From an uncultured Bacilli bacterium (lineage in GTDB: Bacteria; Bacillota_I; Bacilli_A; RF39; UBA660), in contig CAKORR010000001.1 in NCBI GenBank assembly GCA_934101595.1, positions 107,558-171,557 of the forward strand: a stretch of 64,000 nucleotides of DNA, read 5' to 3'. Under the pieces are notes generated by a model, which saw only the letters and a program-made list of their open reading frames with translations, was not told the DNA's origin and searched no databases. This document shows, piece by piece, positions 1 through 9,778 of the stretch (within the stretch, counting starts at the first letter, position 1; every line of letters begins with the position of its first letter). Both the position numbers and the translations under genes were made by a program.

Positions 1-430
1 CAAGAATTATAAGGCCACTAGTATCTTTATCAATGCGATGTACTACTCCAGGACGTTCAAGTCCCCCTATTTTACTTAATTTTTTATTATAATGAATTAA
101 AGCATTTACTAGTGTATTAGAAGCATTTCCACTACCAGGGTGAACTGTTAAACCGCTTTGTTTATTTACTACAATTATATCGTCATCTTCATATACTATA
201 TCAATGGGAATATCTGTACCTTCAAAAGGGCTGTTTCTTTTTTCTTCTTCAGATATGGTTATTTCGTCATTTTCTTTTACAATATAATTTGCTTTTACAG
301 TTTCATTATTAACCAAAATTAAGCCATTTTTTACCAAGTCTTGAATTTTTTCCCTACTCAAATCCACTTTTTTGACAAGGTATTTATCAATTCGCTCAAA
401 ATTATTATCATTTACGACTATTTTTTGCAT
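1..430 (-). CDS. rluD: RluA-family pseudouridine synthase (RluD-like), 3' end truncated by window edge
   Basis: Minus-strand translation from ATG at 428-430 reads MQKIVVNDNNFERIDKYL...HRIDKDTSGLIIL: an S4-like N-terminus followed by the RluA hallmark HRxDxDTSG. Sits next to lspA, a common pairing. Confidence 0.8.
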   Translation of the reverse strand, partial: MQKIVVNDNNFERIDKYLVKKVDLSREKIQDLVKNGLILVNNETVKANYIVKENDEITISEEEKRNSPFEGTDIPIDIVYEDDDIIVVNKQSGLTVHPGSGNASNTLVNALIHYNKKLSKIGGLERPGVVHRIDKDTSGLIIL

Positions 431-872
431 GATCTTCTCCTTTTAATATTGCGATTCCTAGTAAAATAACTCCAATAACAAGGGCTATATCTGCTAAGTT
501 AAATATCGGATAATTATAATTAAATATTCTAAAATCTAAAAAATCTCGAACATATCCTAACATAACTCTATCTAACAAGTTGCCCAACAAACCTCCATAT
601 AAAAGTCCAAAGGCAATTTTATTTCTTATATTCATCTTAAAATATGATTGATACCTAAAAAGAATAATTAATACTATAATAGAAACTATAATTAAAAATA
701 TAGTTTTGTTAGGTAAAATGCTCCACGCAGCGCCATAATTTTTGACCGGAGTTATATAGAAAAAATCAGATATTATAATCCGACAATCATCAATAAACAT
801 TTTTAATAATTGATCAATAATAACAACAACTGCTCCAAATATATATATAAATTTATTTTTCATTTTTATCAC
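408..872 (-). CDS. lspA: lipoprotein signal peptidase II
   Basis: 154 aa polytopic protein with the LspA motifs NYGAAWSIL and FNLADIALVIG. Confidence 0.85.
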   Translation of the reverse strand: MIKMKNKFIYIFGAVVVIIDQLLKMFIDDCRIIISDFFYITPVKNYGAAWSILPNKTIFLIIVSIIVLIILFRYQSYFKMNIRNKIAFGLLYGGLLGNLLDRVMLGYVRDFLDFRIFNYNYPIFNLADIALVIGVILLGIAILKGEDHAKNSRK

Positions 873-917
873 TTATTAAATTATACATTATTTTTTAAAT
901 AAAAAGAAGAGAAAATA

Positions 918-1145
918 CTAATCTATTTTAACCAAAATAACATCTTCTCCTACTCTATCTATATTTTTAATTGAAATAAAAACATCTGGATTATTTTTAA
1001 ATATTCTTAAAAAAAATCTTCTTTTTTCAACGGCAAAGTTTATTATTTGCCCATCTTCATTAATTTCCGCATCGATTATTCTTCCTAAATTTTTTCCATC
1101 CGTAACTGAGACAATGTCTTTTTTTTGCATATCAGATAGATACAT
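918..1145 (-). CDS. YlmC/YmxH-family PRC-barrel sporulation protein
   Basis: 75 aa, MYLSDMQKKDIVSVTDGKNLGRIIDAEINEDGQIINF... matches the conserved YlmC/YmxH pattern (D-G-x-x-LG-x-I-x-D). Lies near sigE/sigG as in other sporeformers. Confidence 0.7.
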   Translation of the reverse strand: MYLSDMQKKDIVSVTDGKNLGRIIDAEINEDGQIINFAVEKRRFFLRIFKNNPDVFISIKNIDRVGEDVILVKID

Positions 1146-1196
1146 AATATCACCAATTAATTATATGAAAAAAAGAAGAGTTTATCTTCTTTTTAA

Positions 1197-1679
1197 CTAT
1201 CTAAGACTAAGAATTTTTTCCTTTTTCGAAATGCAAGCAAGTACAACTACACCAGCAACACTTATAACTGAAGTGAAAACATAAAGTAAAATATTATCTG
1301 AAGTATTTGGAGTTTCTGTAACGTTTTCATTACCATCAGTTTTTATTTCATAAGTTTTTTCGTCAATTACTTTATCACCGTTTTTATGAATAACTTTAGC
1401 ATACTTTTCAGTTATTTCTTTTAATATAGGGACTTTAATGCTTACTGATTTTTTAATGGCCTCGTTAGGAATTTTCCTTTTCTCTCCACCATCAATTATA
1501 TAGTAAGGCTTAATATCATAAACTAATGTCTTAGAATTTTTATCATAAGATTTTAAAGACGCTTCTATAAATAAAGCTACTTTACTGTTATCAGTAATAA
1601 TAAGTTTTGATTTATCTACTGCATCTAATAAACCAGATTTACTATTATCAAGTTTTTCAAAGCCTTTAAACTTCTTCAC
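1197..1679 (-). CDS. hypothetical tail-anchored protein (C-terminal TM helix)
   Basis: 160 aa, no N-terminal signal. Hydrophobic stretch LLYVFTSVISVAGVVVLACI near the C-terminus followed by a basic tail. Confidence 0.45.
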   Translation of the reverse strand: MKKFKGFEKLDNSKSGLLDAVDKSKLIITDNSKVALFIEASLKSYDKNSKTLVYDIKPYYIIDGGEKRKIPNEAIKKSVSIKVPILKEITEKYAKVIHKNGDKVIDEKTYEIKTDGNENVTETPNTSDNILLYVFTSVISVAGVVVLACISKKEKILSLR

Positions 1680-1777
1680 TACTCAAATCTCCTCCCTAGT
1701 TTAGGGCTATCACACTATTTCAAGCGTTACAATTATTTTGTAAGAGAAAATAGTCTAGAATGTAAACTTTTATTAAC

Positions 1778-2554
1778 TCATTTAATTAATCTTCGCACAT
1801 TATTTATAGCATTTTTTTCAATCCTTGACACTTGAGCTTGACTAATATTTAAACTTTTGGCTATCTCCATTTGAGTTTTACCTATAATAAAACGTTCAAT
1901 TAAAATATCTCTTTCTCTTTTCTTTATATCATTTAATGCCTTTCTTAATGAAATATATAGGTCTTTATCTTTTTCGATATTATTCTTATCAGCAATCTGA
2001 TCTAGTAAATATATCGTATCTCCACCTTCATTATATACCGGTTCATAAAAACTTGATGGTTCTCTTAAAGCATCTAGAGCGTAGGTTATTTCATATTCCT
2101 CAATATTTAAGTTTTTAGCTATAATTTCATTACTAGGAAAAGCAGCATGTTCTTTAGCATAATCATCTTTAAAACGAATGATTTGATAAGCTAAGTCTTT
2201 TATACTTCGAGATACTCTTAATGACGTACTATCTCTAATACTTCGCTTACACTCACCAATAATTAAAGGACAGGCATATGTTGATAGTTTTAAGTTATAA
2301 GACATATCAAAATTATCAATTGCTTTTATTAGCCCTATCACACCCACTTGAAATAAATCATCTAAGTTTTCTACTTTATTAGAAAATCTTTTAATTATCG
2401 AAAGCACTAACTTGAGATTCCCTTTCACTAGTTTTTCTTTAGCAGTGCTATCTCCTTCGTGCATTTTTTTAAACAATTCCATATTTTCTTCATGACTTAG
2501 AGATTTCAAATTATTTGTATTCAACCCAGTAATTTCAACTTTTCCTTTTGCCAA
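1778..2554 (-). CDS. sigG: forespore sigma factor SigG
   Basis: 258 aa sigma-70 family protein with regions 2-4. Begins MAKGKVEITGLNTNNLKSL..., typical of SigG, and sits immediately downstream of sigE. Confidence 0.85.
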   Translation of the reverse strand: MAKGKVEITGLNTNNLKSLSHEENMELFKKMHEGDSTAKEKLVKGNLKLVLSIIKRFSNKVENLDDLFQVGVIGLIKAIDNFDMSYNLKLSTYACPLIIGECKRSIRDSTSLRVSRSIKDLAYQIIRFKDDYAKEHAAFPSNEIIAKNLNIEEYEITYALDALREPSSFYEPVYNEGGDTIYLLDQIADKNNIEKDKDLYISLRKALNDIKKRERDILIERFIIGKTQMEIAKSLNISQAQVSRIEKNAINNVRRLIK

Positions 2555-2606
2555 TCAAAAAACTCCTTTCATACCTTTATTGGTGCAAAAAGAGTTTTTT
2601 TATACA

Positions 2607-3290
2607 TTATAATCTCATTAATGATTTAAGTTTTTTAATAACCTTCTTTTCTATTCTCGAAATATAAGATTGAGAAATACCAAGCATCTCAGCAACTTCT
2701 TTTTGAGTGTATTCTTCCGTATTATTAAGTCCATAACGAAGGGTCATTATTTCCTTATCTCTACCCTCTAATTTTTTCACCTCCTCTTTTAATATTTCTA
2801 AATCTAAATTATGTTCAAATTCTTTGTGAACTATGTCACTATCAGTTCCAAGTATATCTTCCAAATGTAATTCGTTACCTTCCGCATCATAATTAAGAGA
2901 ATCTTCTAGGCTAATCTCAGTTTTTCTTTTCTTGTTTTTTCTTAAGAACATTAATATTTCATTGGCTATACATCTTGATGCGTATGTAGCTAATTTAATA
3001 TTTTTGTCAATTTTATAAGTGTTTATTCCTTTAATTAATCCGATTGAACCAATACTAACTAAATCTTCAATGTCATAGCCAGTATTTTCATATTTTTTGG
3101 CTAAAAAAACTACCAGCCTTAAATTATGTTCAATAAGAATATTTTTAGCTTCTTCATCTCCTTTTTTAGCGGCAATTAAATATTTCAACTCATCTTCTTT
3201 ATCCAAAGGTGGAGGTAACTTATCAGTACTTCCCACAAAGAAGCATTCATTGTATTTCTTTTTTAAATATTCTATTATTTTTTTAAGCAT
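2607..3290 (-). CDS. sigE: mother-cell sigma factor SigE (pro-sigma-E)
   Basis: 227 aa sigma-70 family protein with an N-terminal pro-sequence. Directly downstream of spoIIGA. Confidence 0.85.
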   Translation of the reverse strand: MLKKIIEYLKKKYNECFFVGSTDKLPPPLDKEDELKYLIAAKKGDEEAKNILIEHNLRLVVFLAKKYENTGYDIEDLVSIGSIGLIKGINTYKIDKNIKLATYASRCIANEILMFLRKNKKRKTEISLEDSLNYDAEGNELHLEDILGTDSDIVHKEFEHNLDLEILKEEVKKLEGRDKEIMTLRYGLNNTEEYTQKEVAEMLGISQSYISRIEKKVIKKLKSLMRL

Positions 3291-4113
3291 TAATCTCCTC
3301 CATCATTCTATAATTAAGCAAACATTCAACACCATCAATCGTAATATTTTCCTCAATTGTTCCAATTAAAATATTATTAAACGGATGATTTTTAATTAAA
3401 AATTGAGATGGTTTATAACATTTTATTAATGAATTTTTATTAACTGTTTTAATTGGCACATACATTGGACTACGATTATGAATAGCGCTTTTAATGATTT
3501 CTCTATTTACTAAAACGATTGCTTTATTAGTAATGGGGTCCTTTAACTTGTTTCCCGTATCTAAAAAGCCTATTAAATTAAATTTTTCTCCGTACAAAAA
3601 CAACTCAACATCATAGTAATAATTATAATTATTTTTTAATTCTCTGGATTGCTTTATATATAAATACAAAAATAATGGCATTATTAAGATAATTAAATAA
3701 AGATTTACTTTTAAGCCATTTTTACTTGCGACAAGTCCCTTAAATTCATAGGAAAAACTTGTATTAATAAAATATACCGCCCCTGCAAAAATTGTGCTTA
3801 CCATATATAAATAACTCATATTTTTAAAAAAATAACGCCACGAACGAAAGCCAAAAGCAATTAAGATCATAAAAACGCCTATTATTAATTTATATATGAA
3901 TAAATTAAAATTATTAAGTGGTATTAAGAGTAAAAATATACTCAATGCTCCACATAAAGATGAAAGTAATAATCTTTTTATTTTAGTTTTTCTTTTTAAA
4001 ATATATTTTACTGTTATTAAAAGCATTAAATCAATAAGAAGATTAAGTAAGAATAAAACATCTAAGTATATTACCATAATATCACCAAAATTATTATATA
4101 AAAAAAGCAACAT
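3283..4113 (-). CDS. spoIIGA: sigma-E processing aspartic peptidase SpoIIGA
   Basis: 276 aa with an N-terminal polytopic membrane domain. C-terminal domain has FLDTGN, the aspartic-protease DTG signature of SpoIIGA. Position between ftsZ and sigE is the expected one. Confidence 0.8.
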   Translation of the reverse strand: MLLFLYNNFGDIMVIYLDVLFLLNLLIDLMLLITVKYILKRKTKIKRLLLSSLCGALSIFLLLIPLNNFNLFIYKLIIGVFMILIAFGFRSWRYFFKNMSYLYMVSTIFAGAVYFINTSFSYEFKGLVASKNGLKVNLYLIILIMPLFLYLYIKQSRELKNNYNYYYDVELFLYGEKFNLIGFLDTGNKLKDPITNKAIVLVNREIIKSAIHNRSPMYVPIKTVNKNSLIKCYKPSQFLIKNHPFNNILIGTIEENITIDGVECLLNYRMMEEINA

Positions 4114-4138
4114 AAATTATGTCGCTTTAACAACTATT

Positions 4139-5212
4139 TTAAAAATCGTCTCTATTTCTTAAGAATGCTGGAATATCTAAATCATCAGCAGAGTCTGTGA
4201 CATTACGACGTTTAGGTAACTCATCAGTTACTTTTTTTGGTGGTTGTTCATCACCAGCAACAACGTCTTCATCAAAACCTGTAGCAATAACAGTTACGAT
4301 AACTTCATCAGTTAAATTTTCATTTTTAATTGCTCCGAATATAATGTTTACATCGCTATTAGCAGCTTCTCTAACTGTTTCAACTGCATCTTCAATTTCA
4401 AATAATGTTAAATTATTTCCACCTGTTACGTTAACAATGGCATTAGTAGCCCCATCAATTGTTGCTTCCAAAAGTGAATTAGCAACTGCTTGGCGAGCAG
4501 CTTCGATAGCTCTATTTTCACCAGCATTGCATCCAATACCGATAATTGCACTTCCACTTTTTTCCATGACTGCTTTAACATCAGCAAAGTCTAGGTTAAT
4601 AACTCCTGTTACAGCAATTAAATCAGAAATTGATTGGACACCTCTATGTAAAACATTATCTACTTCTTTAAATGCCTGCTCAAAGCTTGTAGTCTTGTCA
4701 ATAATGTCTCTTAGTCTATCGTTTGGAATAATTATTAATGTATCAACATGTTGCTTTAACTCGTCTAAACCCATTAAGGCATTTTCCATACGACGTTTTC
4801 CTTCAAATCTAAAAGGCTTAGTAACAATGCCTACAGTTAGTGCTCCTAGTTCTTGAGCAATTTCTGCAATTATTGGAGCAGCTCCAGTACCAGTTCCTCC
4901 GCCTAATCCACAAGCTATGAAAACCATGTCCGCGCCACGTAATTGTTCTTCTAATTCTGTTTTACTTTCTAAAGCTGCTGCTCTTCCTATTTCAGGATTG
5001 GCCCCAGCTCCTAAACCATCAGTTATGTTTGCGCCAATTTGAATTTTGTTTTCGGCATGAGAAGCATTTAACACTTGCAAATCAGTATTAACTACTATAA
5101 ACTCTACACCCTTAACTCCCTCATCAATCATTCGGTTAACAGCGTTACATCCGCCTCCACCTACACCAACAACTTTAATTTTGGCAATTTGATCCATTTG
5201 TAATCCGTTCAT
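4139..5212 (-). CDS. ftsZ: cell division GTPase FtsZ
   Basis: Tubulin signature [24 protein letters not shown], and a C-terminal DIPAFLR tail. Confidence 0.95.
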   Translation of the reverse strand: MNGLQMDQIAKIKVVGVGGGGCNAVNRMIDEGVKGVEFIVVNTDLQVLNASHAENKIQIGANITDGLGAGANPEIGRAAALESKTELEEQLRGADMVFIACGLGGGTGTGAAPIIAEIAQELGALTVGIVTKPFRFEGKRRMENALMGLDELKQHVDTLIIIPNDRLRDIIDKTTSFEQAFKEVDNVLHRGVQSISDLIAVTGVINLDFADVKAVMEKSGSAIIGIGCNAGENRAIEAARQAVANSLLEATIDGATNAIVNVTGGNNLTLFEIEDAVETVREAANSDVNIIFGAIKNENLTDEVIVTVIATGFDEDVVAGDEQPPKKVTDELPKRRNVTDSADDLDIPAFLRNRDDF

Positions 5213-5224
5213 GCTACACTCTCC

Positions 5225-6469
5225 TTAATTGTCGAAAAAATATCCAAATAATTTACCTAGTATTGAATTTTCAGATATATTAATTTTCTTTGATAAACCA
5301 CTAAATTCTTCTTGCTCTTCTAAAGTGAAGATAGAATAATCTTTGTTTTTTAATTTTAATCTACTATTATAATATTTTATCATACCAACACATGTTGAGT
5401 ATTTATTATTTCTAACCCCTAATTCAAAAACTTTTTTTAACCTTGCTCTTGTTCCGTAAACATCTTCCAAAACAAGTTCAAAATCTTGTGTTTCTGTTAC
5501 TCCCCCTGTGACCATTATATAACTAATTTCTTTTTTTGTTAAGAGATTTATTTGTTTTTTGGTTAAATTTAATATTTCTTCTAATCTGCTCATCACTATT
5601 TCAGAAGCATCATATTGATTAATTTTTACTTCATCACCAAACTTATCAGTTAATGTCATACTCTCACTTGGCTCAGCAAGTCTATTGTGTGCTAAGGCTA
5701 GTTTTTCCTTAACTAATCTTGCATTTAATCTCGTTAATTTATAAACATACGCCAAATCATTTTCTATGTTCGCTCCGCCTATATCAATAACTTCACTATT
5801 TGTTAATATTCCACGGTTGAAAACAGAAACAGTGGTCGTTTCGCTTCCAATATTTATAATTGCACATGGTTCTTTATCAGATTCTTTAGTTTTGAATTCA
5901 TAATAATCTCCAAGTGGCGATGTTGCAATATCAATTATTGAAACGCCTATTTTGTTTAAACAAGCATTAATGGCCGCAACATTTTTCTTTGGCACTGTTG
6001 TTACAACTGCTTTTACGCTCAACTTATTAGCACTCATATTTAAAGGATTTTTAATTATTTCTGAGTCATTAATAGCAAAATTAGTAGGCATAATAGTCAC
6101 AAGTTCAACAGTTGGACCAATCTTATTTTCTAAGGCATTTTTTAAAGCATTTAATATATCATTGGAAGTTACCAATCCATTTTCACTATTAACGCTAACT
6201 CTGCCTTCCGTTAAAAAATAATCAGCCATATAAGAAGGTACACTTGCAATAACTTCTTTTACTTTTAAACCCAACATTGTTTCAACTTCATTAAAAACTT
6301 CACTTAATGCTTCGGTTGCACTTTCACTATTAACTACATAACCCTTTTTTATTCCACGACTAGGAGTTTCAACAGAAGCTAAAATATTTAATTTATTACG
6401 AAATACTTCTCCGACTACAAGCTTTATTGCATCAGAACCGATATCTAAACTGGCTATTATTCTTCGCAT
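5225..6469 (-). CDS. ftsA: cell division protein FtsA
   Basis: 414 aa actin-fold protein beginning MRRIIASLDIGSDAIKLVVGE. Immediately upstream of ftsZ. Confidence 0.9.
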   Translation of the reverse strand: MRRIIASLDIGSDAIKLVVGEVFRNKLNILASVETPSRGIKKGYVVNSESATEALSEVFNEVETMLGLKVKEVIASVPSYMADYFLTEGRVSVNSENGLVTSNDILNALKNALENKIGPTVELVTIMPTNFAINDSEIIKNPLNMSANKLSVKAVVTTVPKKNVAAINACLNKIGVSIIDIATSPLGDYYEFKTKESDKEPCAIINIGSETTTVSVFNRGILTNSEVIDIGGANIENDLAYVYKLTRLNARLVKEKLALAHNRLAEPSESMTLTDKFGDEVKINQYDASEIVMSRLEEILNLTKKQINLLTKKEISYIMVTGGVTETQDFELVLEDVYGTRARLKKVFELGVRNNKYSTCVGMIKYYNSRLKLKNKDYSIFTLEEQEEFSGLSKKINISENSILGKLFGYFFDN

Positions 6470-6573
6470 TTCTTCACTCCTCGTATTTTTCTAACAATTA
6501 TTATACCTAATATGCTTTAAAAACTCAAGGACTATATAAAATTTTAAATAAAAAAAGTTCATAAAAATGAACT

Positions 6574-8109
6574 TTAAGATATACCTAAATCTGCAAATGT
6601 ATTTGTTGAATAATATCCAAATTTAACGTTATTTTGATTTAAACTTGTATTACCTTCGAAAGGTTTTGCCGAAGTAGAACCAAGTGTTATAGTTTTATTA
6701 ATTGTTAAACTATTTAATTTATTATTTTTAAATGCCGATGAATCAATGGTTACTTCGGAGTTTATCTCTAACTCAGTTAAATCATTGCCATAAAAAGCAC
6801 TAGCTTCAATAGTTTTAATTGTCGTCGGTAAGTAAACATTCTTTAATCCGCAATTGTTAAACATTCCATTTGCAATTCTTTCTAAGCCTTCGGGCAATTC
6901 TAACTTGGCTATTTTAATTCCGGTAAAATAATTCACATCTTTTAAATTTAATTGTTTTAAATTACTTAAATCCACAAGATTGTAAAAACAGTCTGTTCTA
7001 CCATCGGTAGTTCCACTACATCCTCCCCAGTTAAATCCTCCAATGACATGGTCTTCTCCACCTTCATCAAGAGGCGTTTTTCCGGTATAGTCTGAGCCAC
7101 TTTTTAAAAACATAAACTTTATGTTCAAGTAAGCGTTGCTTCCATCGTCATTTTCATAAAATACTTGATCTTGACCCAGTGATAATTCTGGATTAATGCT
7201 AAATAAATCTTTGCTTACTTCATCAGATAATTCACTATATCTTATAATGCTTTTCGTTTCGTAGCCACTTTCACTAGCATCAAATTGATTTACTGCAGCA
7301 CTTAACGTATTATAATTAGCTTCATCAAGAATTACATAAACATCTTTTGATTCATTTGTGTCTTGATAATATAAAACATTTCCCTTTTGGAATGTTTGGT
7401 TAATCATATATTTTGCTGTTATTCCTTTAATTGTTTCGGGAACTATTATATTTTCACCACATTTATAATTGTTATAGTAACCCAAAAGTCCATTTGATCC
7501 TATCAAGAAACAATCTTCGCTACTTTCTTTTATCCCCTTTTGTGTTTGGCTTGCTACTACTACTACTTTACTATCAAACACCTTATTTTGTTCGGTCATT
7601 GGTGTATTTTCATCCATCCACATTTTTATACTATGAGTTTTGCTTTTATCCTTTTCACTTGTTCCTAATACTCCAACATATAGTTCTTTATCAAATCTTG
7701 CATTTGCCTCTTTTTTGACATTTACTGTTTCATATTTAGTAAGAGCTCTTCCCACTTTATTATCTAGAGCTATTTTTATATTACTTTCATCTATATAATT
7801 TGTATTTGTGCTATTTGTTAATGCCTCTAAATTTACAGAATATGATATTTCATTATTACAATTATTTGTTACGGTAAATTGATATCCGCTTCCTTTTATT
7901 CCTTCGCTATCTGGTGTTGGAAATGTATTATTTAGGGCTATTCCATCTCCATTATCACTAAAGTTTATATCCAAACATGACGAAGTTAATGTATTTACTC
8001 CACTTTGACTTTTTGTTACTTGCCATAACGCATATGTTCCTGCTACTACTAGTGTTATTAATAACATTACTATTATGCTTGTTAAAATTATCCTCCTTTT
8101 GGTATCCAT
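6574..8109 (-). CDS. exported surface protein, paralog 1: TasA/camelysin-like SipW-type signal peptide + beta-rich domain + BspA-type LRR C-terminus
   Basis: 511 aa. The N-terminus ...LLITLVVAGTYALWQVTKSQSG resembles SipW-cognate signals such as TasA GGGTWAAFND. The C-terminus has LRR_5/BspA-like repeats (LPTTIKTIEASAFYGN..., SSAFKNNKLNSLTI). N-terminal ~300 aa are near-identical to the 34560-36086 protein. Confidence 0.6.
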   Translation of the reverse strand: MDTKRRIILTSIIVMLLITLVVAGTYALWQVTKSQSGVNTLTSSCLDINFSDNGDGIALNNTFPTPDSEGIKGSGYQFTVTNNCNNEISYSVNLEALTNSTNTNYIDESNIKIALDNKVGRALTKYETVNVKKEANARFDKELYVGVLGTSEKDKSKTHSIKMWMDENTPMTEQNKVFDSKVVVVASQTQKGIKESSEDCFLIGSNGLLGYYNNYKCGENIIVPETIKGITAKYMINQTFQKGNVLYYQDTNESKDVYVILDEANYNTLSAAVNQFDASESGYETKSIIRYSELSDEVSKDLFSINPELSLGQDQVFYENDDGSNAYLNIKFMFLKSGSDYTGKTPLDEGGEDHVIGGFNWGGCSGTTDGRTDCFYNLVDLSNLKQLNLKDVNYFTGIKIAKLELPEGLERIANGMFNNCGLKNVYLPTTIKTIEASAFYGNDLTELEINSEVTIDSSAFKNNKLNSLTINKTITLGSTSAKPFEGNTSLNQNNVKFGYYSTNTFADLGIS

Positions 8110-8132
8110 TACAAATCTCCTTATCTTAGATA

Positions 8133-8161
8133 ATTATAAGAAAAATAAACAATTCAGTCAA
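8133..8161 (-). promoter_or_regulatory. near-consensus sigma-A promoter for paralog 1 (TTGACT-17nt-TATAAT)
   Basis: On the minus strand, TTGACT is the reverse complement of 8156-8161. A 17-nt spacer follows, then TATAAT (reverse complement of 8133-8138). AAGGAGA RBS lies 8 nt before the ATG. No homopolymer tract is present. Confidence 0.5.
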
Positions 8162-8194
8162 TATCTATGACAAAAATATTGCTAAATTGACACT

Positions 8195-9778
8195 CTAAGA
8201 GAACGGTTTGTAAATAGATATTATTTCTTCAAAAGCTTTTAGTCCGTCAATTGCTGCAGAAGTAATACCACCTGCATAACCTGCACCTTCTCCTATTGGG
8301 TAAACGCCTTTAATATTACTTTGCATATTGTCGCCTCTTAATATTCTGATTGGTGATGATGTTCTTGACTCCACACCAGCCAAAATAGCATCATCTCTAG
8401 AAAATCCATCAATTCTTTTACCAAAAGCATATATTGCTTTTTTTATGTTTTCATTAATACTATCTGTAAACAACTCATTTAAATTAGCAAATTCATATTT
8501 TCCTTTTATACAAGGCAAAAATTCACCAAAACCAGTACTAATTAAATTGTCTTTATAATCTTTATATAACTGGACGGGAATATTGCCATGTGCAAGCAAG
8601 AATGCTTTTTTTTCCAATTGCTCTTGAAATTTAACTCCATCAAATAGTTCTTTGCCATAATCATTTTCACTTACAGTTATAACTATAGCACTATTAGACA
8701 CCGCTTCGTCTCGATCATAATTGCTCATGCCATTTATCACTAATTTGTTTTCTTCACTTGAAGCATTAACAACAAAGCCTCCTGGACACATACAAAATGT
8801 GTATACTCCTCTATGGTCATTAGTTTGATATGTTAGTTTATAATTAGCCCCGGAAAGCAAAGCATTTCCATACTGAGAATTATCAATCATTTTTCTGGGA
8901 TGCATAATTCTTAACCCAACAGCAAAAGGCTTTTGCTCCATTTTGAAATTGTTTTGATGAAGCATTCTAAAAGTATCTCTTGCACTATGACCTATTGCCA
9001 AGACTAGACATTCTGTAAAATACTCATCTTTATTATTTACAATAACACTTTTAATTTTATCGTTTTCTATATTAATATCTGTAACTAAAGAGTTGTAATA
9101 AAACTTTCCCCCTTTAGATATAATTCTATTTCTCATATTCTTGATAACTTCTCGTAATTTATCAGTTCCAATATGAGGTTTATTAAGATATAGTATTTCT
9201 TCTGGAGCATTATTGGCAACAAATATTTCATATACTTTTTTTCCTCGATTAAGTTTGTCTTTTACTAAGGTGTTTAATTTTCCGTCCGAAAAAGTTCCAG
9301 CTCCCCCTTCGCCGAATTGAACGTTGGAATTTTTCTTTAAGACATTATTGTTCCAAAAATCATTTACAGATAAAACTCTTTTATCTATTTCTTCGCCTCT
9401 TTCAAATATAATTGGTTCGTATCCATTTTCAGCCAGCATATATGCGGCAAATAAACCTGCCGGACCACTTCCTACAATTATTGGCCTATGTTTTAAGGTG
9501 CTTTTACCAGTTATTTTAAAACTATATTTTTCTTCAGCATACTTACTTATATCCTTATTTTTAAAAATATGAATATCTTCATTTTTTAAATCTATTGCCA
9601 ATTCATAAACGAAGTAAATCACTGGCTTTTTGCGAGCATCTATAGATTTTTTAAGTATTTTTAATTCTTTTATATTAAGAATATTTATTGAATACTTTTT
9701 TGCTATTAAATCTCTTAAATCTCTATTATCATTAACATTAACTTTAAAATTACTGATCTTAATCATTTTTACCAACAC
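8195..9778 (-). CDS. FAD-dependent oxidoreductase (COG2509-like, uncharacterized FAD dehydrogenase)
   Basis: 527 aa with a GSGPAGLFAAYML dinucleotide-binding motif after a ~90 aa N-terminal extension. Confidence 0.55.
   Translation of the reverse strand: MLVKMIKISNFKVNVNDNRDLRDLIAKKYSINILNIKELKILKKSIDARKKPVIYFVYELAIDLKNEDIHIFKNKDISKYAEEKYSFKITGKSTLKHRPIIVGSGPAGLFAAYMLAENGYEPIIFERGEEIDKRVLSVNDFWNNNVLKKNSNVQFGEGGAGTFSDGKLNTLVKDKLNRGKKVYEIFVANNAPEEILYLNKPHIGTDKLREVIKNMRNRIISKGGKFYYNSLVTDINIENDKIKSVIVNNKDEYFTECLVLAIGHSARDTFRMLHQNNFKMEQKPFAVGLRIMHPRKMIDNSQYGNALLSGANYKLTYQTNDHRGVYTFCMCPGGFVVNASSEENKLVINGMSNYDRDEAVSNSAIVITVSENDYGKELFDGVKFQEQLEKKAFLLAHGNIPVQLYKDYKDNLISTGFGEFLPCIKGKYEFANLNELFTDSINENIKKAIYAFGKRIDGFSRDDAILAGVESRTSSPIRILRGDNMQSNIKGVYPIGEGAGYAGGITSAAIDGLKAFEEIISIYKPFS

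Noticed and set aside
4197-4856. 219-aa plus-strand ORF in the six-frame track (S/T/A-rich)
   Set aside because: It lies entirely antisense within ftsZ. Low-complexity translation of the opposite strand of a highly conserved gene. The same reasoning applies to 1936-2118, 3097-3369, 3896-4162, 5952-6221, 8328-8558, 9324-9818, 19865-20080, 23433-23672, 24527-24781, 28040-28267, 28709-29542, 33076-33363, 36247-36489, 36938-38080, 39140-39638, 41900-42328, 45581-45793, 47094-47285, 51479-51664, 54271-54504, 57610-57840, 58155-58894 and 63318-63551.
7431-7718. Two 100% identical 95-aa plus-strand ORFs (7431-7718 and 35411-35698)
   Set aside because: Not a duplicated small gene. They are antisense read-throughs inside the near-identical 5' segments of the two LRR paralogs, and are informative only as a marker of the DNA repeat.
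6574-8109. N-terminal motif of the LRR family as a type IV prepilin / class III signal peptide
   Set aside because: No G-F-T-L-[IV]-E prepilin peptidase site or conserved Glu+5. The motif G-T-Y-A-L-W-Q instead parallels the TasA/camelysin SipW-type signal.
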